This document shows, piece by piece, positions 13,691 through 25,734 of a stretch of 64,000 nucleotides of DNA (its first letter is position 1; every line of letters starts with the position of its first letter). Below the pieces are notes generated by a model. It was not told the DNA's origin and searched no databases. It saw only the letters and a program-made list of their open reading frames with translations. The DNA is taken from NCBI GenBank assembly GCA_038087875.1, contig CM075989.1, forward strand, positions 24,554,001 through 24,618,000, written 5' to 3'. The position numbers were made by a program, and so were the translations under genes. The stretch comes from Malacoraja senta. Lineage: Eukaryota.

Positions 13691-15067
13691 TGTTAACTCT
13701 CCCCAGTACAGGCAACATCCAGGCCCACTAAGTCCGTGCCGACCAGTGATGACCCGTACACTCGCACTGTCCTACACTGTCCTACACACTAAGGACAATT
13801 CACAGAAGCCAATTAACCTACAAACCTGCACGTCTTTGGAGTGTGGGAGAAAACCGGAGCACCCGGGGAAAACCCATGCGGTCACCGGGAGATTGTAAAA
13901 ACTCCTTGCAGACAGCACCCGTAGTCAGGATCGAACCTGGGTCTCTAAGGCAGCAACTCTACCGCTGCACCACCGTGCTGAGAATATATATATTTGTGTC
14001 CGTAAAGTATGCAACTTGGGGTTTATCCTTTCTATGGAAGAAAGAATTAATGGGCATAATTTACAGATTTATCTTGGTTCTGGGTGTTGGTCACATTTCA
14101 CTTTCAGTTCGGCTCTTTGTTCTTTTGCTGCATGTTCTTTTTAAACATAATTAAATGTCTTAAACTCAATAGATCTGTGAAGTGAGAAGCGCTATAATGT
14201 AATGCTGAGTAAGATTCAGACATTGAAAGGCAATGTGCTTTACATTGCCGACATAGCCAAGCTATACAGCAGTGGGATTTTTTCCAGATGTTCGCTTTTA
14301 TTGATGTGAAAATTCGGAAGAGGCACGTTTTCAAAACTATTTCAGATCCGGTTACATGCTTTGATTGTGGTATCCAATAGCCTAAACAATTTCCTATTCA
14401 GTTGCATTATATCATTGTGGCAACAGTACTTAATAACTCTACAAGCAAGTTTATTTTTCTACCACACTGAGCCTTGAAAGTGAAATGCTTTATTATACAA
14501 ATTGGAGTGAATCACTTGTTGAAAATCAAAGAAAACACCTCCAAATGTAATAAATTGCGAAAAAAAATGCAGATGCCATGCCAAAAGCAGGATCTTTAAG
14601 GAGCAAAGTTTTAAATATATAATCGGTTTAATATCACTACCAGCACATTTGTTTTTTTTCCGTTTTATTTTAGTTTTAGAGATACAGCGTGGAAACAGGC
14701 CAAGTCCACATTGATCATCGATCTTGGATCACCTGTACACTAGTTCTATGTTATCCCAGTTTTACATCCTACACGTTAGGGGCAATTTACGGCAGCCCAT
14801 TAACCTACAAACCTGAAAGTCTTTGGAATGTGGGAGGTAACCGGAGAAAACCCAAGTGGTCACAGGGAGAATGTAGAAGCTCCACACAGGCAGCACCCGT
14901 AGTCAGGATGGAACCCAGGCGCTATAAGGCAGCAACTCCACCACTGTGCCACCCTAATGTTTTAATCTTGCAAAGCTTCTGATTGTGTATTACCCATCGT
15001 AAGCATCATTGGCTGCACATCATCCCCTGTAATCATAAACCATTCACAATATAATAATGGTATTAGT

Positions 15068-15520
15068 ACATAGAATATACAGCACAGGAACACAATGTCT
15101 GTATCGAACATGATGCTGTTAAACTGATCTCATCAGGTTGTATAGCATCCATATCCCTCCATTCCCTGCACTTCCATGTGCCTATCTAAAAGCCTCTTAA
15201 ACACCACTATCATATCTGCCTCCACCACCACCCCTGACAATGTGTTTCAGGCCCTACTACACTTTGTGTAAAAAAAAACCTTCACCGCACATCTCCATTA
15301 AACATTTCCCCACTCACCTTACAGCTCTGTCCTCTAGTGTTGGACATTTCCACTCTGGGGGAAAAAAGATTCTGACTCTGTACTGTATCTATGCCTCTCA
15401 CAATCTTATACACTCCATCATGACTCCCCTCACTCAACCTCTGACATTTCAGACAAAACAATCCAAGTCTATCCAACCTCTCCCTGTAGCTGAAACCTTC
15501 TAATTCTGGCATTATTCCAG
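15068..15520 (-). mobile_element. CR1/HER1-like LINE 3' fragment
   Basis: MPELEGFSYRERLDRLGLFCL...VYKIVRGID...TRGQS.KV, the CR1 ORF2 C-terminus. Confidence 0.8.
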
Positions 15521-15570
15521 TGTATCAGCGTTCAAACTCCTCAGCACCCTTGCAGCATCCTTAATCGAAT

Positions 15571-15868
15571 GTGGCACGGTGGCACAGTGGTAGAGTGAGC
15601 ACCAGAGACCCGGGTTCCATCCTGACTACGGGTGCTGTGTGTAAGGAATTTGTATGTTCTCCCCATGTCCTGCATGGGTTTTCTCCGGGTGCTCCGGTTT
15701 GCTCCCACACTCCAAAGACGTGCAGGTTTGTAGGTTAATTGGCTTCGGTAATATTGTAAATTGTCCGTGGTGTGTAGGATAATGTTAGTACGAGGTGATC
15801 GCTGGTCGGCGCGGACTCGGTGGGTCGAAGGGCTTCTTTCTACACTGTATCTCTAAAATAAACTAAAC
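15571..15868 (+). mobile_element. HE1-like V-SINE
   Basis: Same head, V-domain and tail as 46726-47036. Confidence 0.85.
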
Positions 15869-15934
15869 ATCATTATGGATTTAAATGAAAAGCATGTTTT
15901 ACGATTTTGATTGCTTGCTTTGATAAGTTAACAC

Positions 15935-16830
15935 AGAGAAGGTGGATAGGAACAATGAGTTGATATTATGTTTATGGACTTTAAAAATGTATTTGATAAA
16001 TAATCATCTGTTGGGCTAATTAGCAAAAATAAATAACATAAGATAAAAGAGTACAACTAACATTATGGATATATAATCAGTGGAATACGAGAAAATAATT
16101 TCTAAGGACTGTTCACAGAGTTTATTTTCAAGTGGCCGATACAGTCGGGTTCCTTAAGATTCATGTGGGATTAGGGTTGGGTTTAGTGTTCATTATTGAC
16201 ACGGACTTGGATTTCAGGTACAAATCTGACTTGAAAGTGCTGTGCAGAGTGGTACATGTGTTCCCGGGGACGAGTACAGCCTCGTGGCAGGTGATATTAT
16301 ACACTGATGAGCAGGTTCAGTGGAACAATCGTAAGTGAGTGTATAAACACAGAGATCTGAGAATGCTTGCACAAAATCTTTGAAGGTTTTCAGCATGGAA
16401 TAGCAGCTAATAATAGCAGCTTATAAAACATATGGGACTGGAGGTTTCATGAATAATGGCATAATGGAGAACAAAAGCCAGGAAGTTATGCTGAAACTAT
16501 GAAACCACCAATTAAGCCCAGTTGAAGTACATGAAGAGATTGCAGTATGTAAAATATTTATTGAAATACTTCCATGGAGAACGAAATAAATAAATAGAGA
16601 TGACTGAGAGATGATTTAATAGAGCTTTTAAAATCACAATGTGCTTAGATAAGTTAAATAAATTAAGATAAATTGTAGCCAGGTTAAAAGACCAGGAATC
16701 ATATTGCATAGTGGTTGGTAAAACAACTAGATGTCCACAAGAGTGTTTAGTATTTGGAAAATGTTGCCTGCTAGATTGATGGATTCAATGCATTCAACTG
16801 TACCTTCTATACGGATTGGACAAACACTTC
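15935..16830 (+). mobile_element. Old, heavily decayed CR1 LINE RT region
   Basis: Remnants of MDF.K.FDK, and the SKSQEVMLKLY / DGFNAFNCT...RLD 3' region. A further decayed CR1 3' portion lies at about 18640-19680. Confidence 0.55.
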
Positions 16831-17130
16831 AAGAAAACAACTGCAGTGAGTTGGAGAGAAAGCTGGTAAACTGAGCGAACCTGATTTCCCAACAAACGAA
16901 TTCAGCGCAGAGAATGCTATGATGCACCTTCCACCAGTGCCTCATTCTCATAGTACTGCAGACAGTTTTGTCCTGAATTACCTGCTCCAGTCTGAAGTGA
17001 AGCTCGAAGGCACAGTTTTCTAATTCAAAGGGAATCCTATCAGTGAGTAAAGACTGGCACCTTTGCAAAAGGAGCCGTATGCTGTGTATATGTGCTGTGT
17101 ATATGTATAGCTGTGTATATGTGCTGTGTA

Positions 17131-18227
17131 CAGTGGCTTGCAAAAGTATTCATACTCCTTGAACTTTTCCACATTTTGTCACGTTACAACCACAAACGTA
17201 AATGTATTTTATTGGGATTTTATGTGATAGACCAACACAAAGTGGCGCAATCTGTCCACAGGACAACTATTAGTCGTGCACGCCACAAATCGGGCCTTTA
17301 TGGAAGAGTGGCAAGAAGAAAGCCATTGTTGAAAAAAAGCCATAAGAAGTCCCGTTTGCAGTTTGCCACAAGCCATGTGGGGGACACAGCAAATGTGGAG
17401 GAAGGTGCTCTGGTCAGATGAGACCAAAATTGAAGTTTTTGGCCTAAATGCAAAACGCTATGTGTGGCGGAAACCTAACACTGCTCATCACCCTGAACAC
17501 ACCATCCCCACTGTGAAACATGGTGGTGGCAGCATCATGCTGTGGGGATGCTTTTCTTCAGCAGGGACAGGGAAGCTGGTCAGAGTTGATGGGAAGATGG
17601 ATGGAGCCAAATACAGAACAATCTTGGAAGAAAACCTGTTAGAGTCTGCAAAAGACTTGAGACTGGGGCGGAGGTTCACCTTCCAGCAGGACAACGACCC
17701 TAAACATACAGCCAGAGCTACAATGGAATGGTTTAGATCAAAGCATATTCATGTGTTAGAATGGCCCAGTCAAAGTCCAGACCTAAATCCAATTGAGAAT
17801 CTCTGGCAAGACTTGAAAATTGCTGTTCACAGACGCTCTCCATCCAATCTGACTGAGCTTGAGCTATTTTGCAAAGAAGAATGGGCAAAAATTTCAGTCT
17901 CTAGATGTGCAAAGCTGGTAGAGACATACCCCAAAAGACTTGCAGCTGAAATTGCAGCGAAAGGTGGTTCTACAAAGTATTGACTCAGGGGGCTGAATAC
18001 AAAGTATTGACTCAGGGGGCTGAATACTTTTGCACGCGACACTTTACAGTTTTTTATTTGTAAAAAAATTTGAAAACCATGTATCATTTTCCTTCCACTT
18101 CACAATTATGCACCACTTTGTGTTGGTCTATCACATAAAATCCCAATAAAATACATTTACGTTTGTGGTTGTAACGTGACAAAATGTGGAAAAGTTCAAG
18201 GGGTTTGAAAACTTTTGCAAGCCACTG
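17131..18227 (+). mobile_element. Tc1 (DD34E) transposon family B, internally deleted, inserted in a microsatellite
   Basis: TA|CAGTGGCTTGCAAAAGT ... ACTTTTGCAAGCCACTG|TA. Left TIR cut at about 17249 and joined to mid-transposase. Catalytic WSDETK / QQDNDPKH / SPDLNPIE intact with 34-residue D-E spacing. Frameshift near 17392. Confidence 0.95.
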
Positions 18228-18606
18228 TATATGTGGTGTATATGTGCTGTGTATATGTATAGCTGTGTATATGTGCTGTGTATATGTGCTGTGTAAATGT
18301 GCTGTGTGTATATGTGCTGTGTATATGTGTTGTGTATATGTGCTGTGGTGTATATGTGCTGTGTATATGTGCTGTGGTGTATATGTGCTGTGGTGTATAT
18401 GTGCTGTGTATATGTGCTGTGTCTATGTGCATGTGTGTAGCTGTGTATGTGTGTAGCTGTGTATGTGTGATGCTGTGTCTATGCGCTGTGTATATGTGCT
18501 GTGTATATGTATAGCTGTGTATATGTATAGCTGTGTATATGTGCTGTGTATATGTGCGTAGCTGTGTATGTGTGATGCTGTGTATATGTGCTGTGTACCG
18601 TGTGTA
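18228..18606. repeat. (TGCTGTGTATATG)n-like minisatellite; left part at 17078-17130
   Basis: Directly visible; split by Tc1 family B. Confidence 0.92.
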
Positions 18607-19115
18607 CGCTGGAGGACGTGCTGATGGAGAAGCCGATTAGTGAAGCTTTCCAATGTTTGTACAACTTTTCAGCTAATGGAATCCAGGAGGATGTTTTGCT
18701 ACATCTAGACTAAGGACCACCTTGGATATGTATGTCGTGTGTTGGGAACTGCACCTAAGAAAGGAATTTGTGATCTGTAAATAAGTTAATTGCAGATTCA
18801 TTTAAAGCATTTCCAGAACTCCAATGTATAAGAAAGAACTGTAGATGCTGGAACATTCGAAGGTAGACAAAAATGCTGGAGAAACTCAGTGGGTGAGGCA
18901 GCATCTATGGAGCGAAGGAATGGGTGACGTTACGTTCTCCAACATTTTTGTCTACCTTCCAGAACTCCAATGGTTGGATTACAACAAGGTACTGCAAATA
19001 TTGGGTTTATATTCCATAAAACATTAACGGTTTTGTGGTGATTGAGCTTTTCTGGTTCTTGAAAGTAATTGACAGGGCATTTAGAGAGAAACTATGTCCA
19101 CTGGTGTGGCATATT

Positions 19116-19420
19116 TAGTTTAATTTAAAGATAGAGATATAATGGATACAGGCCCTTCGGCCCACCGAGACCATGCCAGCCAACGATCCCCGCACACTAA
19201 CACTAACCTACACACACTAAGGACAATTTACAATTTTACCAGAAGCCAATTATCCTACAAACCTGTACGTCTTTGGAGTGTGGGAGGAAACTGGCGCACC
19301 CAGAGAAAACCCACGCAGGTCAAGGTGAGAACGGACAAACTCCGTACAGACAGCACCCGTAGTCAAGATCGAACCCAGGTCTCTCGCACTGTAATCCAGC
19401 AACACTACAGCTGTGCAGCC
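19116..19420 (-). mobile_element. HE1-like V-SINE
   Basis: Reverse-complement consensus match. Further copies or fragments at about 2988-3151(-), 7140-7410(-), 13722-13980(-), 14669-14955(-), 21300-21400(-), 22600-22865(-), 47215-47480(-), 47905-48080(+), 49068-49240(-), 52485-52695(+), 53075-53350(-), 57620-57690(-) and 60830-60970(-). Confidence 0.85.
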
Positions 19421-22069
19421 CTGAACAGAAGAGAATTGTGTAAACACTGTATCGTGCAACTGTTAGAAGAAATATTAAATGCCCTCTCCCAAAAAGTAAT
19501 AGATGATTGCTCAATAAATAATTTTTAACCATACATTGATAGGTTTTAACTGGCCCTGGATATTCAGGGATCGTGAGCCAAATCAGGTGGATGGAATTTG
19601 GAAACCGAACACCCATAATCTCATTAAATACTGAATAACCCCACGGACAAAATGACCTGTTGTGGGTCCTGATATTCCTTCATCATTATTAATAATATTA
19701 TTCACATTATTAATAGCAATAAGAAAGTAACATGATTTATAATTACATTTGAAATTTCAAATTAAAATCAAAATCATTCTAAATTGGACCAGGTATTTGT
19801 TTCCTGGCAAAATTATATCCTAGCTGACCATCCTTTCTATAACTTAAAAAAATACTTAAGCTTTAAAATAACATGAACGAGCTGGATACCTGAAATAGAA
19901 ACAAGTGCAGGAAAGCATGTGTGGCAGGGAGGGAGGGGTTTAAACAATGTGGAGACGAAGAACAGTAGATGTTGGTTTACATGAAAGGACACAAACTGCT
20001 GGAGTAACTCAGGCAGCATCTCTGCAGAACATGAATAGGTGATGTGTGTCGGGACCCTTCTTCAGACTGATTGTGGGGGTGCGGGGGGGAGTTCGGAGAG
20101 CAGAGGGGTAGGACAAAGCATGGCAGGTAATACACAGGCAAGGGGGGGGTGGGGAGTAGATAGGCAGATCATTGGAACAATGGCCAGAGATTAGCTGAGT
20201 AGGTGTGAGACAGGAGGATTGAAGAGTTGCGGATTGTGAAGCCGGAGGAAGTGATATCCGAGGAGGGGCAGGGGAGAGACCAGTACGAGTCCAGGCCGGG
20301 GCATGGGAGAGAGAGGGAAGGAAGGGAGGGGGAGGTAGTTAGAGGGTACCTACAATTGGAGACTTAATGTTCACATCACTGGTGGGGTAACAAGTTGTGG
20401 AACCTACAACACTATAAAGTGTGTAGGAAGGAACTGCAGAGATGCTGTCTGAGCTGCTGAGTTACTCCAGCTTTTTGTCTCTATAATCACAATAAACTGT
20501 ATGCTCATCATTCCGTTCCACGTTGCTGGCGATATGCCACAAAAGCTAGCTGCATTTTCTGTTCATCTGCCCCTTTTCAGGAGATTAATGGCCTTGCGTT
20601 TTTAGCACTTGTTTTTATTTTTGACCGTTTAAGTTTGTTTCTTGTTTTGATAAGTTGAGCAGTTGTCAGTCTATCTGATCCAACACTGAGGAATGAAGAC
20701 AATTTTTCATTATTACATTCAACTGATGGCTTCATATGGTCTCTAAACCAATTAAATGCAACACGATTTGACATGCTTGAACCATAAGTAGATTTTTAAC
20801 ATTTTTCAGAAAGCCTCTTGTTTCCACTAATACTGTAATTCAGTGGATAATCCCTTACTTTTTTGTTGTCTTGTCGTGTCTTTTGCTGTATTATCTTCTA
20901 ATTCATTTCAGCCCAGCTGCCTTGAAAGTTGATTGAGGATATAATTATTTGCCAGAGTAACAGAAACAATGCTGCTGTTCTTTGCAAATGGTTCCATAGA
21001 ATCTTTTAACCTCATGACAGAGTGACTGAGGCATTGGTTTAATTTTGGATAAAAAAGAGAATGGTGAAGGGAGTTGTCCCACCAAGAGAGGCTTTTAAAG
21101 GTTTGGGGCTGCATTCCTTAGAGTTAAGAGGAATGAGGGTGACCTGATTCAGACATCTAGCATCCTGAGGGTGCTTGACAGGGTAGATGCTGAGAAGTTT
21201 TCACTAGTGGAAGAGTTAAAAACAAGGAGACAGAGTTACAAGATAAAAGAGCTGGTCACTTAAAACTGAGGTGTGTGGACATTTCTTTAGACTTGTTAGA
21301 CTTCAGAGATGCAGCGCAACAGCAGGCCCTTTGACCAAGTCCACACCGACCGGCGATCACCCCGTACCGTAACACTACCCTATACACTAGGGATCATTTA
21401 CAGTTTCATTCTCAGCTACCTGGGGCAATTGGGGATACCAATGACCACACCCCATTCATGAATAAATGTGATAAAAACAGAAAAGCCAGAGCTGTATTAA
21501 TATTTGGTTTCCCAAAGAACGCTAAGAGTATTTCCTGTCATTCTTAAACGGGAGATTTAATGTATTAGAATGCCTTTTCAGGATGTAATGAGCAAAACCC
21601 TTAGCCTCTTAATCTGAAGGATCAGTCAGCGCTGCCAAGCTAGTCTCAGGCAATTGAAGGCCAAGATATCTATTGAATGATCTGGGCACAGTGCACAGAA
21701 CTGGCTAATCTCTGGCCTGCCAGACAAGCAAATGGGTGCATGCTGACTTAACAAAGTAACTGATGTGAAATTAATAGCAGTTGAGCAGAAACTGAAGCAC
21801 TAATTAAGCCAGTACTCTCACCTTGAGTTGGTTAGTTCAAGTCCCAGCCACCAGCATAACGTTGGAGACTGATATTTCAGTTCAGTTCTAAGCGAGTGCT
21901 GTTCTGACAATTATGATTAGTTTATTATTGTCATGTGTACTGAGGTGCAGTGCAATGGTTTTGTTTGCGTGCTATCCAGTCAAAGAAAAGACTACATAAA
22001 TACAATCAAGCCATCCACCAGGTCCAGATAAAGGATAAATGGTACACCTAGTGCAAGATAAAGCCCAAT

Positions 22070-22240
22070 TAACGACCTACAGGCGACATGTCGCAGGGTG
22101 AAGCCTGTATGATCGTGAGTAGTCACCCAAAGAGTCGTACCTTTTTCTGGTCGCCGCTGGATTTTCAACATGTTGAGAATTTTCGGAGACCTGTTGCGAC
22201 TATGACGGGTGCCGGCAAATCGCGAAGTGGGACAGGCCCT
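22070..22240. mobile_element. Partial copy of the Harbinger-type MITE
   Basis: Shares TTTTCAACATGTTGA core and the AAGTGGGACAGGCCC terminus with 8985-9284. Confidence 0.7.
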
Positions 22241-23658
22241 TTAGACTTTTTATTTACTTTGCACGTCCTATTTTCCTGAGTGCAAAATGGAAAATCTCAC
22301 ACGGACTCCTCCCATTCCCACTGTAAAGCAAACCAGGAAAATTGATTTTCTGAAGATCATGCAAAGTTAGCATTCTTTATGTCAACAAGAAACGTCAACT
22401 ATTTAGAAGGATCAAATGCTGCCAGAGCAGAACTTTAAAATTATTTTAGCGTTGTTTTGTTTGAGGTTATTCATATGTGCAATTCTTCCAGTGTGGATCC
22501 ACATGTAAGTGGTATTGGTATTGTTTTATTATTGCCCGGTGTACCGAGATACAGTGATTGTGGACATGCATCTACTTATGTGTGTTTTTGAGTGCATGTT
22601 TAGTTTAGAATTACAGCCAGGAAACAGGCTCGCTCTGCCCACTGAGTCCGTGCGGACCAGTGATCACCCTGTACACGAGCACTATCCTACACACTGTTTA
22701 CAGACAATTTACAGAAGCCAATTAACCTGCACATCTATGGAATGTGGGAGAAAACCCACGTGGTCACAGGGAAAACATACAAACTCCATACAGGCAGCAC
22801 CTGTAGTCAGGATCAACCTTGTTGTCTGTGAGGCAGTACCTCTACTGCTGCGCTACTGTGCCACCCATTATATGTATCAATATAAAATGCTGGGAATGTA
22901 CACCAGGTTAATTAGCACAGATAACACTAACATCATGATGTTTTTGGTATCTACCTTTCATTCACTTTGTAAATGTACATGATGTTATCAGATCTTACTT
23001 TTTCATTGTTGTGATGGTTATGAACCTGTTGTATATTTGACCCATTTCCAGTTTTTATTCCATATTTTAAGAAATAGCAGATTTTCATTTTTTACATATT
23101 TTTGCATGTGTGCATTTATGTTTCCACATTTGTATGCACATGCTTACGTATGGGTAGTAAATCAACTTTCACGTTGATGTGATTGGAACAGTATTTATTC
23201 ACAGTATCAGATTTAGAACCAATTATCACTCCCTGACATTGGTTACAATTTTGTGTAGTAGTTCTTCTGAGATTCTATTATGTGCATGAAAACATACATG
23301 TTGTTCTTGTGGCAAAGTCATTCATTGTGGGCTCATTCACACTGGATATGTAAAAACTGCCGAGAGGTTCTGAGAATAGGAAGATGCCCAGATAAGGATG
23401 TATTTATTATTTGCAGATATGTTTTGAAAATTCTCATGTGAAACTCTGTAGGTATTACAGAAGGAAGCTCCATCTTTGATCTGCTATAAAATTTAACACA
23501 TGGTTTCTATTAAGGGGAAGGATCAGAATATTTGAGCATCTGTTTTGTTGTAAAGCCCATCTATTGTCACTAGATGGTAAATTCAGTGATTCAGCGCTCA
23601 AATTCATTATGGGTCAAAAAATTGGGATTGAAATGTTATGGAAGATGGACACAAAAAT

Positions 23659-24005
23659 GCTGGAGTAACTCAGCGGGTCAGGCAGCATCCGTGGAGAACA
23701 TGGATAGGTGACGTTTCACAGAGTGCTGGAGTAACTCAGCGGGTCAGGCAGCATCTGTGGAGAACATGGATAGGTGACGTTTCACAGAGTGCTGGAGTAA
23801 CTCAGCGGGTCAGGCAGTATCTGTGGAGAACATGGATAGGTGACGTTTCACAGAGTGCTGGAGTAACTCAGCGGGTCAGGCAACATCTGTGGAGAACATA
23901 GATAGGTGACGTTTCACAGAGTGCTGGAGTAACTCAGTGGGTCAGGCAGCATCTCTGGAGAACATGGATAGGTGACGTTTTGGGCCGGAACCCTTCTTCA
24001 GACTG
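23659..24005 (-). repeat. 66-bp tandem array (about 5 units) derived from the PLE pLTR
   Basis: Unit GCTGGAGTAACTCAGCGGGTCAGGCAGCATCTGTGGAGAACATGGATAGGTGACGTTTCACAGAGT; ends in a decayed hammerhead core. Confidence 0.92.
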
Positions 24006-24337
24006 AGTCTCCTGACCGCTAAGTTACTCCAGAATCTTTGTTGTAGACCAGCATCTACAGTTCCTTTTTATTACATTTTAAAATATTACCATAGTGGTTT
24101 AGTCATGTTAGTTGAGGAGTAAATACTGCGCTGGAGTGTCAGCCTAGGCTGCTGCTCACAACTCGCCGAAGAAAGCTTCATCCCACAGCCTTGTCTGTGA
24201 CTGATTAGCTCAGCAAATCCCCAACCTGGCATCTTTTGCGTTACTCCACACCAATCTTGGAAGTGCAAAGTAATATTCCCACCAAGCCACTACAGATTTG
24301 AGTGTACATTTATTCAGAAACATGGCAATAAAACATG

Positions 24338-24718
24338 CACAAAGGGTGGTGGGTGTATGGAACAAGCTGCCAGGGGAGATAGTTGAGGCAAAGACTATCC
24401 CAACATTTAAGAAACAGTTAGACAGGTACATGGATAGAACACTTTTGGAGGGATATGGGCCAAATGCAGGCAGATGAGTCGAGTGTAGCTGGGACATGTT
24501 GGCCGGTGTGGGCAAGTTGGGCTGAAGGGTCTGTTTCCACGCTATATCGCTCTATAACCAGTGTAGCTGGGACATGTTGGCCGGTGTGGGGAAGATGGGC
24601 TGAAGGGCTAGTTTCCACACTGTATCACTCTATAACCAGTGTAGCTGGGACCTGTTGGCTGATGTGGGCAAGACGGGCTGAAGGGCCAGTTTCCACACTG
24701 TATCACTCTATGACTCTA
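24338..24718 (+). mobile_element. CR1 3' end with a triplicated 78-bp terminal segment
   Basis: Units start AGTGTAGCTGGGAC at 24482, 24560 and 24638. Confidence 0.85.
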
Positions 24719-25734
24719 ATAATATTATTAGAACCAGCAGAGAGCACCGTTTGTTTACAATAATAAATTAAATCTAACAACACAGAGATTAACAGATTAG
24801 TGCAAGAGAGGGGCACTATGTTTCCTCGGTGTTTTCAATGCTTGTATAGCCATCGATGATAATATGTTTGCTTCCCGTTGCAGAAAAAATGGAAGCCGTT
24901 TAAAGGCACCGACACATAAACATTTTAATACTTTTATAAGAGATTTCTTTTGCATGCTATTGTAGAAATAGATCTGTTAAAAGAGTTGAGAAGGGAATTC
25001 TGAAAGTCATTTTTGTATTTCAGTGCTGGTGACGGTGTCCTATAGCATAATTCAAAGTCTGAATATTTTCTTACATAAAGAGAGCACAAGGATTTCATAT
25101 TAGTTTCTTCTCACATACTTAGTGCTTTATCACAATCTTAAATTCATGTAATCCACAAATTCTGAGCTAGTATTGAGTGTAAAGGAAAAATGTGACATTA
25201 TACTTTATGTAATTCAATCTCTTGTACAATGAGTTTGCCTTAAAAACTCCATCATAGAACACAGTTTAAGGAACATATGGACATCATTGCCTGGGTTCAT
25301 ATTACACTGTAAAGTAGGTTCTGCAGTTTCCACTGAGGTCAGTGTTGGAAGAAGGAATTTGTGGGCAGCTGGAGCTTTGCAGAAGTACTAACCTTGCTCA
25401 GCTTCTTACTCTGGCTCCACAGTATAGCTTGTCCCATCTCTTGCAACTGTGATTTAAAGATGTCCTCGAGGCAAAAGGAATTATAACTACCTGAACAAAA
25501 GACAAAATGCTGAAAATGCAGAGCAGATCTGACAGAGGAGGAACCTGAAATGTTATCCTTTCATACAATGCTGGAGTCGTTGACATCTCCTGGATTTGCT
25601 TTTGTTACTAAAGTGGTAATATGTCGCTTTTCTTATGGATACAGTTCAACCTAATGTACCGGGGTAATTACACTTGCATTGAAATGCAATAAGCCTGGAA
25701 TCTGTGCCATTTCATCATCTAAGACTTGCTTTGT

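Noticed and set aside
23638..24005. 66-bp arrays as CRISPR, or as 22-aa repeat proteins (AGVTQRVRQHLWRTWIGDVSQS)
   Set aside because: No unique spacers or cas genes, and the context is eukaryotic. The ORFs arise only because 66 is divisible by 3.
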